A stretch of 64,000 bases of DNA from positions 3,307-67,306 of the forward strand of contig CAVVVU010000018.1 of assembly GCA_963751805.1 (NCBI GenBank), read 5' to 3'. Shown here piece after piece: positions 40,438 to 50,600 of this stretch. The position numbers were made by a program, and so were the translations under genes. Source of the stretch: an uncultured Acidobacteriota bacterium. Its GTDB lineage: Bacteria > Acidobacteriota > Terriglobia > Terriglobales > Acidobacteriaceae. Positions within the stretch are counted from its first letter, which is position 1; every line of letters begins with the position of its first letter. The notes beneath the pieces were generated by a model that was not told the DNA's origin, ran no database searches, and was given only the letters and a program-made list of their open reading frames with translations.

Positions 40438-41676
40438 GTGGAAGATCCAGGTGGTCCCAAGAGTTTGAATGTACTTCTTTCTGCATATGCGTTCATGCCG
40501 GAAGCGGGCTCTGAGCCGGGCAACGGTTGGAGTTGGGCGACTCATCTGGCCAGACGTGGGCTCAACATCACCGTGTTGACTCGGGAGGAAAACCGCTCGC
40601 AGATTGAGCATTACGAGGCAACCCACGCGCCACACGGGCTACACATCGCTTACGTATCGGTCCCTGGCTCACTTGCCAAACCTACCTCTGGTCTTCACTA
40701 TGCGTTATGGCAATGGAGAGCGGTAAAGGTAGCGAAAGCTCTGCATAGAAAGAGCTCCTTTGATGTTGTGCATCACATAACATACACGAGCATTCACGTT
40801 CCTACGCAGTTGTGGCGTCTTGGCATCGCCACAGTTTTCGGACCTGTCGGAGGGGGGCAGACAACCCCCAACGCCATGCTGACTTATTTCGGTGACAAGC
40901 GACGCAAAGAGGAGTTGCGAACGTTGTTTACGCGCGCCCTGCGCTTTTCCCCGTGGCATAGGGCATGGCTTCGGAGAATGCGAGTCATTTTTGCGGCCAA
41001 CACCGATACACTCAATTTGATTAAGGCACTTGGAAGACGAGATGTGCGATTGCATTTTGACAACGGTGTTGCGACATCCTATCTGGCTGCTGCGCCTCGT
41101 TCCTATGAGGCCAACACTGCATTTACTCGACTCTTGTGGGTAGGGAGGATGCTACCGAGGAAGGCACTTCCGATGGCATTAGACGCCATGGCGCTCACCG
41201 GTTCCCATGTGGGATTGACGATTGTGGGAAACGGGCTGGATGCTTCGGTGGTTCACGCAATGATTGAGGAGCGTGGATTGAGCGGTCGAGTATCGTGGGC
41301 TGGGAGGCGCTTGAGCATGGAAGAGGTACGAGCAGCTTATCTTGATCATGATGCGCTCTTGTTCACGAGCGTACGAGAGACATCTGGAGTGCAGTTATTG
41401 GAAGCGATGGCTCTTGGGCTGCCAGTCATTTCACTTGACCTGCACGGGGCACGAGACGTCGTTCCTCCTAACGCAGGTATGAAGGTTCCGGTTACAACCC
41501 CTGAGGCTGTGGTCAAGGGGTTGGCGGCTTGTATCGAAAGCTTTGCCGCCATGAACGCTCTTGAGAAGCAGGCGATGTCGGAGTCCGCATGGAATTTTGC
41601 CAAGCTAAATACGTGGGATGTTCGGGCGAAAGAAGCGGAAAAGTTGTACCGGAGCATTTTGGCGGGCGTCTCTTGA
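40438..41676 (+). CDS. Glycosyltransferase family 4
   Basis: SAYAF.P..GSEPGNGW, WVGRMLPRK, ETSGVQLLEAMALGLPVI. Confidence 0.9.
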   Translation: MEDPGGPKSLNVLLSAYAFMPEAGSEPGNGWSWATHLARRGLNITVLTREENRSQIEHYEATHAPHGLHIAYVSVPGSLAKPTSGLHYALWQWRAVKVAKALHRKSSFDVVHHITYTSIHVPTQLWRLGIATVFGPVGGGQTTPNAMLTYFGDKRRKEELRTLFTRALRFSPWHRAWLRRMRVIFAANTDTLNLIKALGRRDVRLHFDNGVATSYLAAAPRSYEANTAFTRLLWVGRMLPRKALPMALDAMALTGSHVGLTIVGNGLDASVVHAMIEERGLSGRVSWAGRRLSMEEVRAAYLDHDALLFTSVRETSGVQLLEAMALGLPVISLDLHGARDVVPPNAGMKVPVTTPEAVVKGLAACIESFAAMNALEKQAMSESAWNFAKLNTWDVRAKEAEKLYRSILAGVS

Positions 41677-41764
41677 GATACGTGGATGGGGCGTCTGAAC
41701 TCTGGTAGGCGGGTCGTGCGGAATGTCTTAGTGCGGTTTGACTTCAACGTAAAGGATTGGCCTC

Positions 41765-42655
41765 TTGTCAACACACGCACTTGTCTTGAAGTTGCCAACG
41801 CCTCTTGTTCGACTGGGACTCTTTATACGTCGACATGAGACGAAGGTCAGTCATGTTTATCTCTCTTATTTGAAGCGGCGCAATGAGAAGAGTCTGTCTT
41901 CCGTCGTCGACCCTGGCGGACCCGTTGTGTCCGTCACCACTTATGGAAGTCGTCTGAAGTCGGTCCACCTCGTGCTGGAATCTATTGCAGCTGGATCGCG
42001 ACTTCCTTCGCGGCTCATCTTGTGGGTAGACAGGCCGGCAGACTTTTCGAATCCTACGCCTGAGCTACAAAGACTGATCGCAAGGGGTCTGGAGTACCGG
42101 CTCAGCGACAACTATGGTCCACACACCAAGTATTTTCCCTATCTACTATCAACCGAATCGCCGAGTATACCCCTAGTGACAGCGGACGACGATCTCTTGT
42201 ATAGCCGATGGTGGTTGGAAGGGCTTCTGCATTCGTACGATGCCGCACCAGAGTTTTTGCATTGTTACCGAGCTCACAAGGTGAGTATGACATCCGGTCG
42301 TCTGGCCCCTTACCGAAGCTGGCAGAAGTGTGACTCAACCTTGCCCAGCTATCGCCATTTCCCGACCGGCGTCTCCGGGTGTATTTATCCAGCTGCACTG
42401 CAACAGGCATTAAAGATGGCTGACACGGCATTTCTTGCAAGCTGTCCTAAGGCGGACGATGTCTGGATTCACGCGACCGCTCTTCGTCGTGGGATCAAGA
42501 TTAAACAGATTCGGAACCACCCACTTCGGTTTCCTTTTGTGCCTGGCACACAGGGTTCAGGTTTGTATCACAGCAATGTCCTGGGCGATCAGAATGATGA
42601 ACAGATTACACGGACGTATTCAGAAGCGGACCTGAAGATTCTTCAGGCAGGTTAG
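41765..42655 (+). CDS. GT-A-fold glycosyltransferase
   Basis: VSVTTYGSRL, GPHTKY, VTADDDLLY (DxD), PTGVSGCIYP, ADDVW; TTG start uncertain. Confidence 0.75.
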   Translation: MSTHALVLKLPTPLVRLGLFIRRHETKVSHVYLSYLKRRNEKSLSSVVDPGGPVVSVTTYGSRLKSVHLVLESIAAGSRLPSRLILWVDRPADFSNPTPELQRLIARGLEYRLSDNYGPHTKYFPYLLSTESPSIPLVTADDDLLYSRWWLEGLLHSYDAAPEFLHCYRAHKVSMTSGRLAPYRSWQKCDSTLPSYRHFPTGVSGCIYPAALQQALKMADTAFLASCPKADDVWIHATALRRGIKIKQIRNHPLRFPFVPGTQGSGLYHSNVLGDQNDEQITRTYSEADLKILQAG

Positions 42656-42743
42656 CACATGACTATTTACGTCAGGAGAATGCGATGTTGAACACTTGTA
42701 AGTGGGTTGGCGCGATGGAAATTGTAACGCGAGGTTGTATGTT

Positions 42744-43628
42744 ATGACGGAGGCCTCAGTTCTTTCGCCGCTTGGGCTGGGAACCGGCAGGATGGCGTCC
42801 CTGGGCTCGGGGATATCGAAGGAAAGGTCGTCTGAATTAATCAGGACCTCGCTCGATCACGGCATTCAGGTGATCGACACGGCGGATACCTATGGATCAG
42901 GGGACAGTGAGCGAGCCATTGGTGCGGCGCTCAAAGGCAGGCATCGAGACTCTTTCTTCATCATCACTAAGGCCGGCTTTCCTCATGTCGCGTTGCCTGC
43001 AATGTTTTCGCCGGTGAATCAAGTCGGAAAGAAGCTTCTGCAGGCAGCCAAGGTGAAGCGTAACTTTTCGAAATCGTACCTGCTTTCCTGTGTGGAAAAA
43101 AGCTTGAAACGACTGAAACTCGACTATGTGGATGCGTTCTTGCTGCATGCAGTCGAATCTGGTGAAACATCCGACGAGACGTGGGAAGCTCTCGAACAGA
43201 TTCGCAAAAGAGGGTTAAGTCGCCGGACGGGTGTGTCTACGAAAGATGGGGAATTGTTGCGGCAAGGGATTGCTGCAGGTCAAGTCTCTATGGTGGAAAC
43301 ACCGGTTTCATCTCAGGCTCGATTTTCGGAAGAAATCTGCCAAATCTGTGTTGCCAACGACGTTGCTGTAGTCGCCAATGAAGTCTTGAAGCCGCGATCG
43401 CTGTTGCAGCAACGGTCAGCCGAGTGGGAATCGATGCGCGCGAAGCATGGGCTGAGTGGAGCCTCAACTGTCCATCTGCTGATTGCCTACTCTCTCTCTC
43501 AGCCGGCTGTTAAGTCTGCGGTCATCGGGAGCACATCGCCAGTTCACCTTGTCGAAAATTTGCAGGCGTTGCAATACGTGGACAAACATGATGCCTTGTT
43601 TCAAGAAATGAAGGAACGATTCCAATGA
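42744..43628 (+). CDS. Aldo/keto reductase
   Basis: LGLGT, IDTADTYGSGDSERAIG, IITKAG, SLKRLKLDYVDAFLLH. Confidence 0.9.
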   Translation: MTEASVLSPLGLGTGRMASLGSGISKERSSELIRTSLDHGIQVIDTADTYGSGDSERAIGAALKGRHRDSFFIITKAGFPHVALPAMFSPVNQVGKKLLQAAKVKRNFSKSYLLSCVEKSLKRLKLDYVDAFLLHAVESGETSDETWEALEQIRKRGLSRRTGVSTKDGELLRQGIAAGQVSMVETPVSSQARFSEEICQICVANDVAVVANEVLKPRSLLQQRSAEWESMRAKHGLSGASTVHLLIAYSLSQPAVKSAVIGSTSPVHLVENLQALQYVDKHDALFQEMKERFQ

Positions 43629-45301
43629 TTTCAGACAGGTACGCGTCAGAGGAGCTGGTTGAGACAGATGTATGCATTGTCGGGGGCGGGCCGGCTGCCA
43701 TAAGCGTTGCACTCGAGATATTGAAGACCTCCGCCCGTGTTTTGTTGTTGGTGGGTGGCGGTGCTGTAAAGGAGTCCGCATCAGACCAGGATCTGAATCG
43801 TGGTGTGATTGCGAGACCAGGATCGCACGAGAGCCTTGAAGAGAACCGCCGCCGCGTGTTTGGAGGAGCATCTACCGCATGGGGAGGTCGATGTATCCCA
43901 TTCGACCCGATTGACTTTGAAGCGCGGTCGTGGGTTCCAGACAGCGGCTGGCCTTTTTCTTACTCCGACATCGAACCGTATTATCAGCGCGCGATGACAT
44001 TGTGCAGAGCGGGAAAATATCAGTTCGACAGCAGAGAGGTCTTTGAAGGCAAGGCAGCAGAAATCATAGCGGGGATGAGCAACGATGAACTAGAGGCGTA
44101 CCACTTAGAGCGTTGGAGCCCACCGGTTAACTTCGCCCAGGAGTTTCGACATACATTGGAGACACACCCACGAGTGACCGTGCTGTTGAATACGCATGTG
44201 CTGCGTTTAAAGTCGAGTGCTAGTGAGAAGAGAGCCGACGAAGCTGAAGTGATCTCGGTTGGTCGCCGCTTTGTCGTGAAAGCTAAGTTTTTCGTGATCG
44301 CGACTGGCGGCATCGAAAATGCGCGCCTTCTGCTGGCGTCGCGAGGTTCGCTTCATCCAGCCGGGATGGGAAACGCGCATAACATGCTTGGACGCTACTA
44401 TCAGGCGCATCCACATGGGACGTATGCGCTGTTGGCTCCAAAGGATCGGAAGGCTATTCAATATGAATACGAGAAAGATTCGGATGGCATCTATTGTCGG
44501 CGCAGATGGTGGGTGACTGAGAAAGCGCAGCAGCAACTCGGGATCAATAACACGATTTTTTTTCTAGACCGAACAAATTCCGCGCAGGGACACAGGGACG
44601 TTGTGTTTTCGGCGGTCTTTGTTGCAAAGGCAGCGCTTGCGGTGGCAAGAACTCGGGGTGTGTCGCGGAAGTGGACGAAACTCAAAACCCTTGCGCCATC
44701 GATCCCGCCTCATCTTGCCGTAGTGGCGAAGGACGGTGTCGCTTCGGTTCCGCGGCTCACGAAGCTGATGAAAGCTCGGATGCAGAAGAGCCGGCGGCTG
44801 CCGTCAATTCTCCCCTCGGTTCATTCCCGCTACTTGGGTCTGTACTTCCAGGCGGAGCAAACTCCCAACCCCGATAGTCGAATCACGTTAGCAGAGGATC
44901 AGGTGGATGAACACGGAATGCCTCGCGCCAAGGTCGATCTGCGTTTTACCGAGCAGGATCTTCGAACGGTACTCGAGGCTCATCAATTATTCAGGCAAAG
45001 GTATGAGGCTGCGGGCGCGGGCGAGTTTGTCTGCGACATGGATGGTCTGCGCGAGTACACTACCCATCGTTTCTCCAAGTTTAATTCTGGGGCCCATCAT
45101 ATCGGGACTACCCGGATGTCGGATCTATCGCAAAAAGGGGTGGTCGACGCGAATTCGAAGATACACGGTATGGACAATGTATTTGTCTCCGGCAGCTCCG
45201 TGTTCCCCACAGGAGGCCACGCCAATCCAACACTAACCATCGTGGCGATGGCGACCCGACTCGGCGAGCATCTGGCTGGAAAGGTCATTCACGGTTGCTG
45301 A
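43625..45301 (+). CDS. GMC-family FAD oxidoreductase
   Basis: DVCIVGGGPA, FGGASTAWGGRC, GGIENARLLL, HHIGTTRM, FPTGGHANPTLTIVA; ATGA coupling to the AKR gene. Confidence 0.92.
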   Translation: MISDRYASEELVETDVCIVGGGPAAISVALEILKTSARVLLLVGGGAVKESASDQDLNRGVIARPGSHESLEENRRRVFGGASTAWGGRCIPFDPIDFEARSWVPDSGWPFSYSDIEPYYQRAMTLCRAGKYQFDSREVFEGKAAEIIAGMSNDELEAYHLERWSPPVNFAQEFRHTLETHPRVTVLLNTHVLRLKSSASEKRADEAEVISVGRRFVVKAKFFVIATGGIENARLLLASRGSLHPAGMGNAHNMLGRYYQAHPHGTYALLAPKDRKAIQYEYEKDSDGIYCRRRWWVTEKAQQQLGINNTIFFLDRTNSAQGHRDVVFSAVFVAKAALAVARTRGVSRKWTKLKTLAPSIPPHLAVVAKDGVASVPRLTKLMKARMQKSRRLPSILPSVHSRYLGLYFQAEQTPNPDSRITLAEDQVDEHGMPRAKVDLRFTEQDLRTVLEAHQLFRQRYEAAGAGEFVCDMDGLREYTTHRFSKFNSGAHHIGTTRMSDLSQKGVVDANSKIHGMDNVFVSGSSVFPTGGHANPTLTIVAMATRLGEHLAGKVIHGC

Positions 45302-45647
45302 ATTCAAAGTGAATTGACAGGGTCATACCAGCTGTCCGGTGATCACCTCATAAGTTAGGTTGCTTGCAGGAGGTTTGAAACGATGGAGAGACTACCGGTG
45401 TCTGTAGTACAATCGTTGCAAATCGATGAATCTGAGCAGGTTTCGGCTGCCATCCGACGGTGGCTTCGCGGCCCGGTATCTAAGCGAAGAAGAATAAGTA
45501 AGAGTTAGGGAAAGCCGCTTTTGCGAACAGGAGTCAGCGTGGCTGGAGGGGTCTAGACACATCAGCCAGGCGCCAGGACGGTTCAAACGAGAGCGAATGT
45601 TACCTCGAGCACGATACCACTGACTGTGATCAACAGGTTGACCTACG

Positions 45648-46469
45648 ATGATTAAGGAAAACAGCATAACTGAACTGCACACAGTGCTCGATCAGCTACC
45701 TGGTCTGGATGACACCACTGTGCTAGCCCAGAGATATCAAGGTGGGAAGCCTTTCCCTCACCTCGTCTTCGAGAATCTCTTCCAATCCGAGACGCTCGAT
45801 GCGGTATTGAACGAGGGGCTTCAGCGGGGCAAATCGGAGTGGGTGTACCATAACACTCAAAACATCGCGAAATTGGGGCAGAAGTCCGCAGCGACCCTTG
45901 GGGAGGCGGGATTCCAGTTGGCGTCCCTTCTCCATTCCGCTCCGTTTTTGTACTATCTTTCGGAAATCACGGGAATTTGGAACTTACTTCCCGACCCATA
46001 CATGCACGGGGCCGGTTATAGCATTATCCCTTCCGAGGCCAAATTCGACGCGCATCTGGATGCCAATGCAGATACAACGACGGGGCTCACTCGGCGGCTC
46101 GCACTGCTGATCTACTTGAATCACGATTGGCGACCTGACTATGGCGGCCAACTCGAACTATGGGGTGAAGGGGGAAGCACCGAAAACGTCGCAGTAACTC
46201 CTACCTTCAACACCACAGTCTTGATGGAAATTTCTGACCGGGCTCTTCATGGCATTACGCCGGTGCGCGAGCCAAGTGGACGGTCACGTATCTCTTTCAT
46301 GGCGTACTACAACACCTCGGGTCCCATTCTTTCGAAGGAGCTAGGGGTGCATGGATCCTTGTATGCTCCAGTTTGTTATCGCCAGAAGCCCACATTCCAC
46401 CAGATAATTCGACGCTGGCTGCCGCCGGTGATTTTCGACTTCGTGCACGAACGGAATCACAAACACTGA
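45648..46469 (+). CDS. 2OG-Fe(II) oxygenase
   Basis: PFPHLV, HLD iron motif, LLIYLNHDW...GGQLELW, LHG, RIS. Confidence 0.88.
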   Translation: MIKENSITELHTVLDQLPGLDDTTVLAQRYQGGKPFPHLVFENLFQSETLDAVLNEGLQRGKSEWVYHNTQNIAKLGQKSAATLGEAGFQLASLLHSAPFLYYLSEITGIWNLLPDPYMHGAGYSIIPSEAKFDAHLDANADTTTGLTRRLALLIYLNHDWRPDYGGQLELWGEGGSTENVAVTPTFNTTVLMEISDRALHGITPVREPSGRSRISFMAYYNTSGPILSKELGVHGSLYAPVCYRQKPTFHQIIRRWLPPVIFDFVHERNHKH

Positions 46470-46555
46470 GCGGGCATCGCTGGCATCTGCGGCAGACTTC
46501 AGTCAACGCTCTTAGTTCACGGGCCACTGAGCGTTCGGGGCACGAACCTAAAACA

Positions 46556-46595
46556 GAGAGGCCGCATCCTGGATGGGTGCGGCCTTTCCCTTTTT
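46556..46595 (+). terminator. Intrinsic terminator between convergent genes
   Basis: GAGAGGCCGCATCC...GGGTGCGGCCTTTC stem followed by CCTTTTT. Confidence 0.75.
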
Positions 46596-46628
46596 GGACG
46601 TGTTACCCTTCGCCGCTCCTGCGATGCA

Positions 46629-47492
46629 TTACCACGCAATTTTAGCCGGGAAAAACTCCGCGATAAGATCTTCGTAGTAGGGTTTGAGCGACTTCAGATC
46701 TGGTTTGGCCAAGCCTTTGGAGTACAAGTCATATGGATTAAATTTCAGGACCCAAGGCAGCATTTCGCGATCGTGGTCAGACAAGAGATGCCCATACGCG
46801 CCCTGCTGATGCCAGGCATAGAAGGAGTGGTAGCGCAACATGTAGAGCGCCTCCTCGGGCATGAAATCTTGCACAACGTGTGCGATGTAGGCATCATGTC
46901 CCCAGGACATATGGACGTTCTTCAAGCCGCAATTCCGCTCGTAGATACCCATCTCTGTTTGATATGCGGCGACGGTACAATCTGGATTATCGGCGAAGAA
47001 CTCCGGGAAGACGATCTTGTCGGAATAGGCGCATCCCACTGGGAACGTATCGCCGACGACGGCCCACTGGGGCTCCCCATACAAGCACAGAACTTTCCCT
47101 AGATCGTGAATGAAGCCAGCCAGAACCATCCACCGGGGGTGCCCATCTTTTCGGATCGCTTCTGAGGTTTGCAGCAGGTGTTCGATCTGGGTCAGATCCG
47201 TATCTGGGTCGCTCTCATCTACAAGAGTGTTCAAGAATTCAGCCGCCTCCCAAATACTCTTCATCCCTTTATTGAGTGCGAAATACTCCTGTTCCTTCTC
47301 AAGAACAAAATCCAGAGTCTGGAGCCTGTGGTTTGCTTTGTAGAACTCTGCGACGGTAGGCACCACGGCAGCGTCATAGTTCCGAAATTCGGCTTCGCTC
47401 TTCCCTTCTCGATAACGCCCGGCGACAAACTGCCCCCACCCGTCCTCGATTGACAGGTCAGGAGTGGTGGCTTGGCTGGATAAGGCGGTCAT
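46629..47492 (-). CDS. myo-Inositol oxygenase (MIOX) family
   Basis: [57 protein letters not shown]: the HD-fold di-iron ligand pattern. Confidence 0.93.
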   Translation of the reverse strand: MTALSSQATTPDLSIEDGWGQFVAGRYREGKSEAEFRNYDAAVVPTVAEFYKANHRLQTLDFVLEKEQEYFALNKGMKSIWEAAEFLNTLVDESDPDTDLTQIEHLLQTSEAIRKDGHPRWMVLAGFIHDLGKVLCLYGEPQWAVVGDTFPVGCAYSDKIVFPEFFADNPDCTVAAYQTEMGIYERNCGLKNVHMSWGHDAYIAHVVQDFMPEEALYMLRYHSFYAWHQQGAYGHLLSDHDREMLPWVLKFNPYDLYSKGLAKPDLKSLKPYYEDLIAEFFPAKIAW

Positions 47493-47581
47493 GGTGTATC
47501 CTCCCGAGAATTAGCATCTCTTACGGTACCCTCAGTGGGGGACCACATACAAGAGGAATGGACAATGTTGGTGGTTGAAGA

Positions 47582-47609
47582 GCCGGAGCGACAAGAACAT
47601 CGCTCCGGC
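47582..47609 (-). terminator. Hairpin downstream of the large secreted-protein gene
   Basis: GCCGGAGCGA-N8-TCGCTCCGGC perfect 10-bp stem; weak U-tract. Confidence 0.55.
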
Positions 47610-47624
47610 GCATGGATGCTGACC

Positions 47625-50600
47625 TCACGGATTGAGAGAGTAGGTCCATGAGAGGATCTTCTGGTTAGCGGAAGCAGAGCCCGTTCCAGCAGTAAAACCG
47701 GCATAGGCAGTTGTTCCGCCAACCGCGGCAGGAATGTCGACTGCATAAGACTGGCTGAACCTGGCGCCAGACTGGGTATCGGTGATGGTAACGGCCAATG
47801 CGCCGGTACTGTAAACGAGGTGAGCGTTGAAGATGTGTCCGCTGCAGAAATCGATTGCCGCTCCAGCAACATCCGTGGATGACGTCTTCGGTGAAACGCC
47901 ATTGGTGTACACGCCCGTGGTGTCGCCATTGTAGAAGGCAAATTTCACAGCTACGCTCCTGGTGATGCCTTTGTAGCCGAGCCCTCCGCCGTTGCTCCCG
48001 ACGGCCAGGTAATTCCGCGGTGAATTCTGCAAGGTGAAGGTAAATCCATCCGCGGCTCCCTGGAGGATCTGGAAGTTGAAGTCGGTCACGAAGCCGCTTA
48101 CTGGAACCGGAGTCGTGTACCATGCGGACCCAGCCTGATAACTTGCTTTGGGAGTAAGCTCGAGGAAAGTACCAACTAAGCTGGAGTTCGAGTTCACTTG
48201 CAGAGTGGAAGCATTGAAACCGTTGGAATAGTCAATCGAAGGGGTCGTGATGGTGTAAGTTCCGGTGACCGCGTTGCTAGATGCTCCGCCGACCATGGCT
48301 TTGATGCTGAGCGTTTGTGTTGCGCTCACCGTGAGCGGATTGCTATACAGCGTCCAATTGGCGGAGACTCCAGAGCCACTCGTTGAGTAATACAGCAACG
48401 CGCCAGGCGTCGGATCTGTGACGGTGATGGTTTGAGCAGTGGCGTAAGTACCGGGAACTGGCGAGAGGACAGGGTCGGCAGGCGCCGGTAGGTTTATGGT
48501 GTAGGTCGCAGTAGCTGCTGAGCTGCCTACGTACCCCGGAGCTACGGCGATCGCCTTCAGCGTTTCACTCGCATTCACCAAGACGGGACCGCTGTAAAGC
48601 AGCGAGGCCTGAGTTGGTGTAGTCCCATCCGTCGTGTAATAGACGACAGCAGACGGTGCAACATCGCTGATAACGACGGACTGAACGCTGTTGTAGGTAG
48701 CGGCTGCCGGCGAGAACGACGGGGCCGGCGCCACGGGAAGGGAGATCGTGTAGGACGCCGACGCTACTGCGCTCGCCGTGTAGCCGGTGGCCGCAGCAAA
48801 GGCCTTGAGAGTTACAACACCTCCCACGGTGAGAGGACCCGAATACACGGCGGAGGAGGTTGTCGGTGCGGTGCCATCCATCGTGTAGTAGATGGTCGCC
48901 CCAGAAGTAGCGTCGTTGATGGTGAGGGTCTGGGACGAAGTGTAGGTGCCTGAGGGAAGGCTGAATGTTGGAGTAGCCGCTGCTGTCACGGTGTTCGATC
49001 CACCGGCAACAAAGTCGAGGGCGGTGACAGAGTGTGCAGGCAAGGTGATCGACTTGGCCCCGCTCAGAGTGGTAGACGTGATTCCCAGTGTCGCATTCGC
49101 CATATAACTCGAGGTTCCTGTCGGGGCTTCATTCAGAGCATCAAGGGAAGCCGGCGCATACTGTCGCTGGATGACATTTCCGGAAGGAACATTGGTTCCT
49201 GAAAAAGTAAGGGTATGAGGCGTCGTAAGATCCGTATTGATCAACACCATGGATCGATTGCTTCCATTTTCAAAGCAGAAGGAATACAGATAAGGAACGT
49301 CCTGAGTAACCGGAACGCCGTGAGTCGCACTCGTTCCATTTGTGGGACTGCCGGCGAAATTGTACATCGCATTGTTGGAAAGAGAACAGTCAAACATAGG
49401 TCCGATAATCGATTGATTTACGAGTGACATACCGAGGTACTGTGGCCGCATGTTGTTGGTAGCCCCGCCCATGTCAACCGCGATACCCCAGACTTTGGCA
49501 GCATGCCCATTCTGCGAATTGTTCTGGTATTCCGTGAGGGCAAAATACGACTGGGCGTTTATGTTGTAGTACTGCTCATTCAGGAGCGACAGCAATGGGA
49601 AGAATACACCTGTACCGGCGCCGGCATTGATGGAGTCCAGGTGCGCTTGATCGATTGATCCAGCCAGGGTGCCTGAACCGAATTCATACACATTGACGTG
49701 ACATGCGGTGCTGCCGTTGGCGCCGCAGGTGTTGAGCCCTTCGTAATCGTGGACAGACTGGTAGTAATTGGTAGGGTCGGTGGGGTTGACGAAGCGGCCG
49801 TAATTCTCTACGTCAAGTGGCTGCCAAAGCGCCGTGTCGGTGGAGAAATTGCTGACGTTTCCGTACGTATATCCCTCGATCTCGATCGAGTCCGGGTGAG
49901 CACGGGCGACGGCTGCGTTCATGGAATAACTCACCGCCGTCTGCGCATTCAAGACCAGGTCAAATGCGTCCTGAGAGTAATTGGCATTGCTGCGCATTGC
50001 GGCAAAAACGGCTTTCGCGCGGGTGCTGTAGTCGTAGTAGTACTCGCTGTTTGGAGTTCCGCTGCGGCTTGGCAGAGACTGGCCCGCGAAGGATGAACCG
50101 TTCCAGCATTCGTTACAGAAGGAAAGATGAATTTGATCGAACACGCTGGTCCAAGATGCAGTTTGACCAAGAGATGCGCGCCTCGCTCCCCATTGACTCG
50201 ACGAGGATCCCGCAAGAAATTCAATAAGGTTGGAGGCGTCCTGAGTAGAGATCGTAACGGGCACTTCAAGATATGGCTCGGCATGCAAAGCCATGCAAAT
50301 GTTCAGGTAATCTTCGAGCGACAGAGCGACGGTACCACTGCCGACGGGGCCAGCGAAGTAGTTATGACCGCTTGCGCTCGGTTTTCTGGCATAACTTGGC
50401 GAAGCCCAGTTATCAACCGTCTCGGCGTTCTGGTTGAGCCAATCACGAAGCATTCCAGGGTTCCCGCCGGACTGGTTGTTGTAGAAATTTTTAAGCGCGT
50501 AAAAGACTTCGTCGCGCAGAACCGTTGTGTTTGCCGGGTCTGTGTTGATTTTTTGAAAGCTCAAGTTATCGATATATGCGACACCATTCGTGGCACGAAC

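Larger units (their letters stand above)
26193..46469 (+). other. Wzx/Wzy-dependent exopolysaccharide/capsule gene cluster
   Basis: Co-oriented UpxY-like, priming transferase, four GTs, wzc, wza, acyltransferase, polymerase, flippase and tailoring enzymes. Confidence 0.9.

Noticed and set aside
45302-45647. Long intergenic gaps (here and 59810-60248) as sRNA or riboswitch loci
   Set aside because: No recognisable conserved RNA motif by eye; would need an Rfam/Infernal search.
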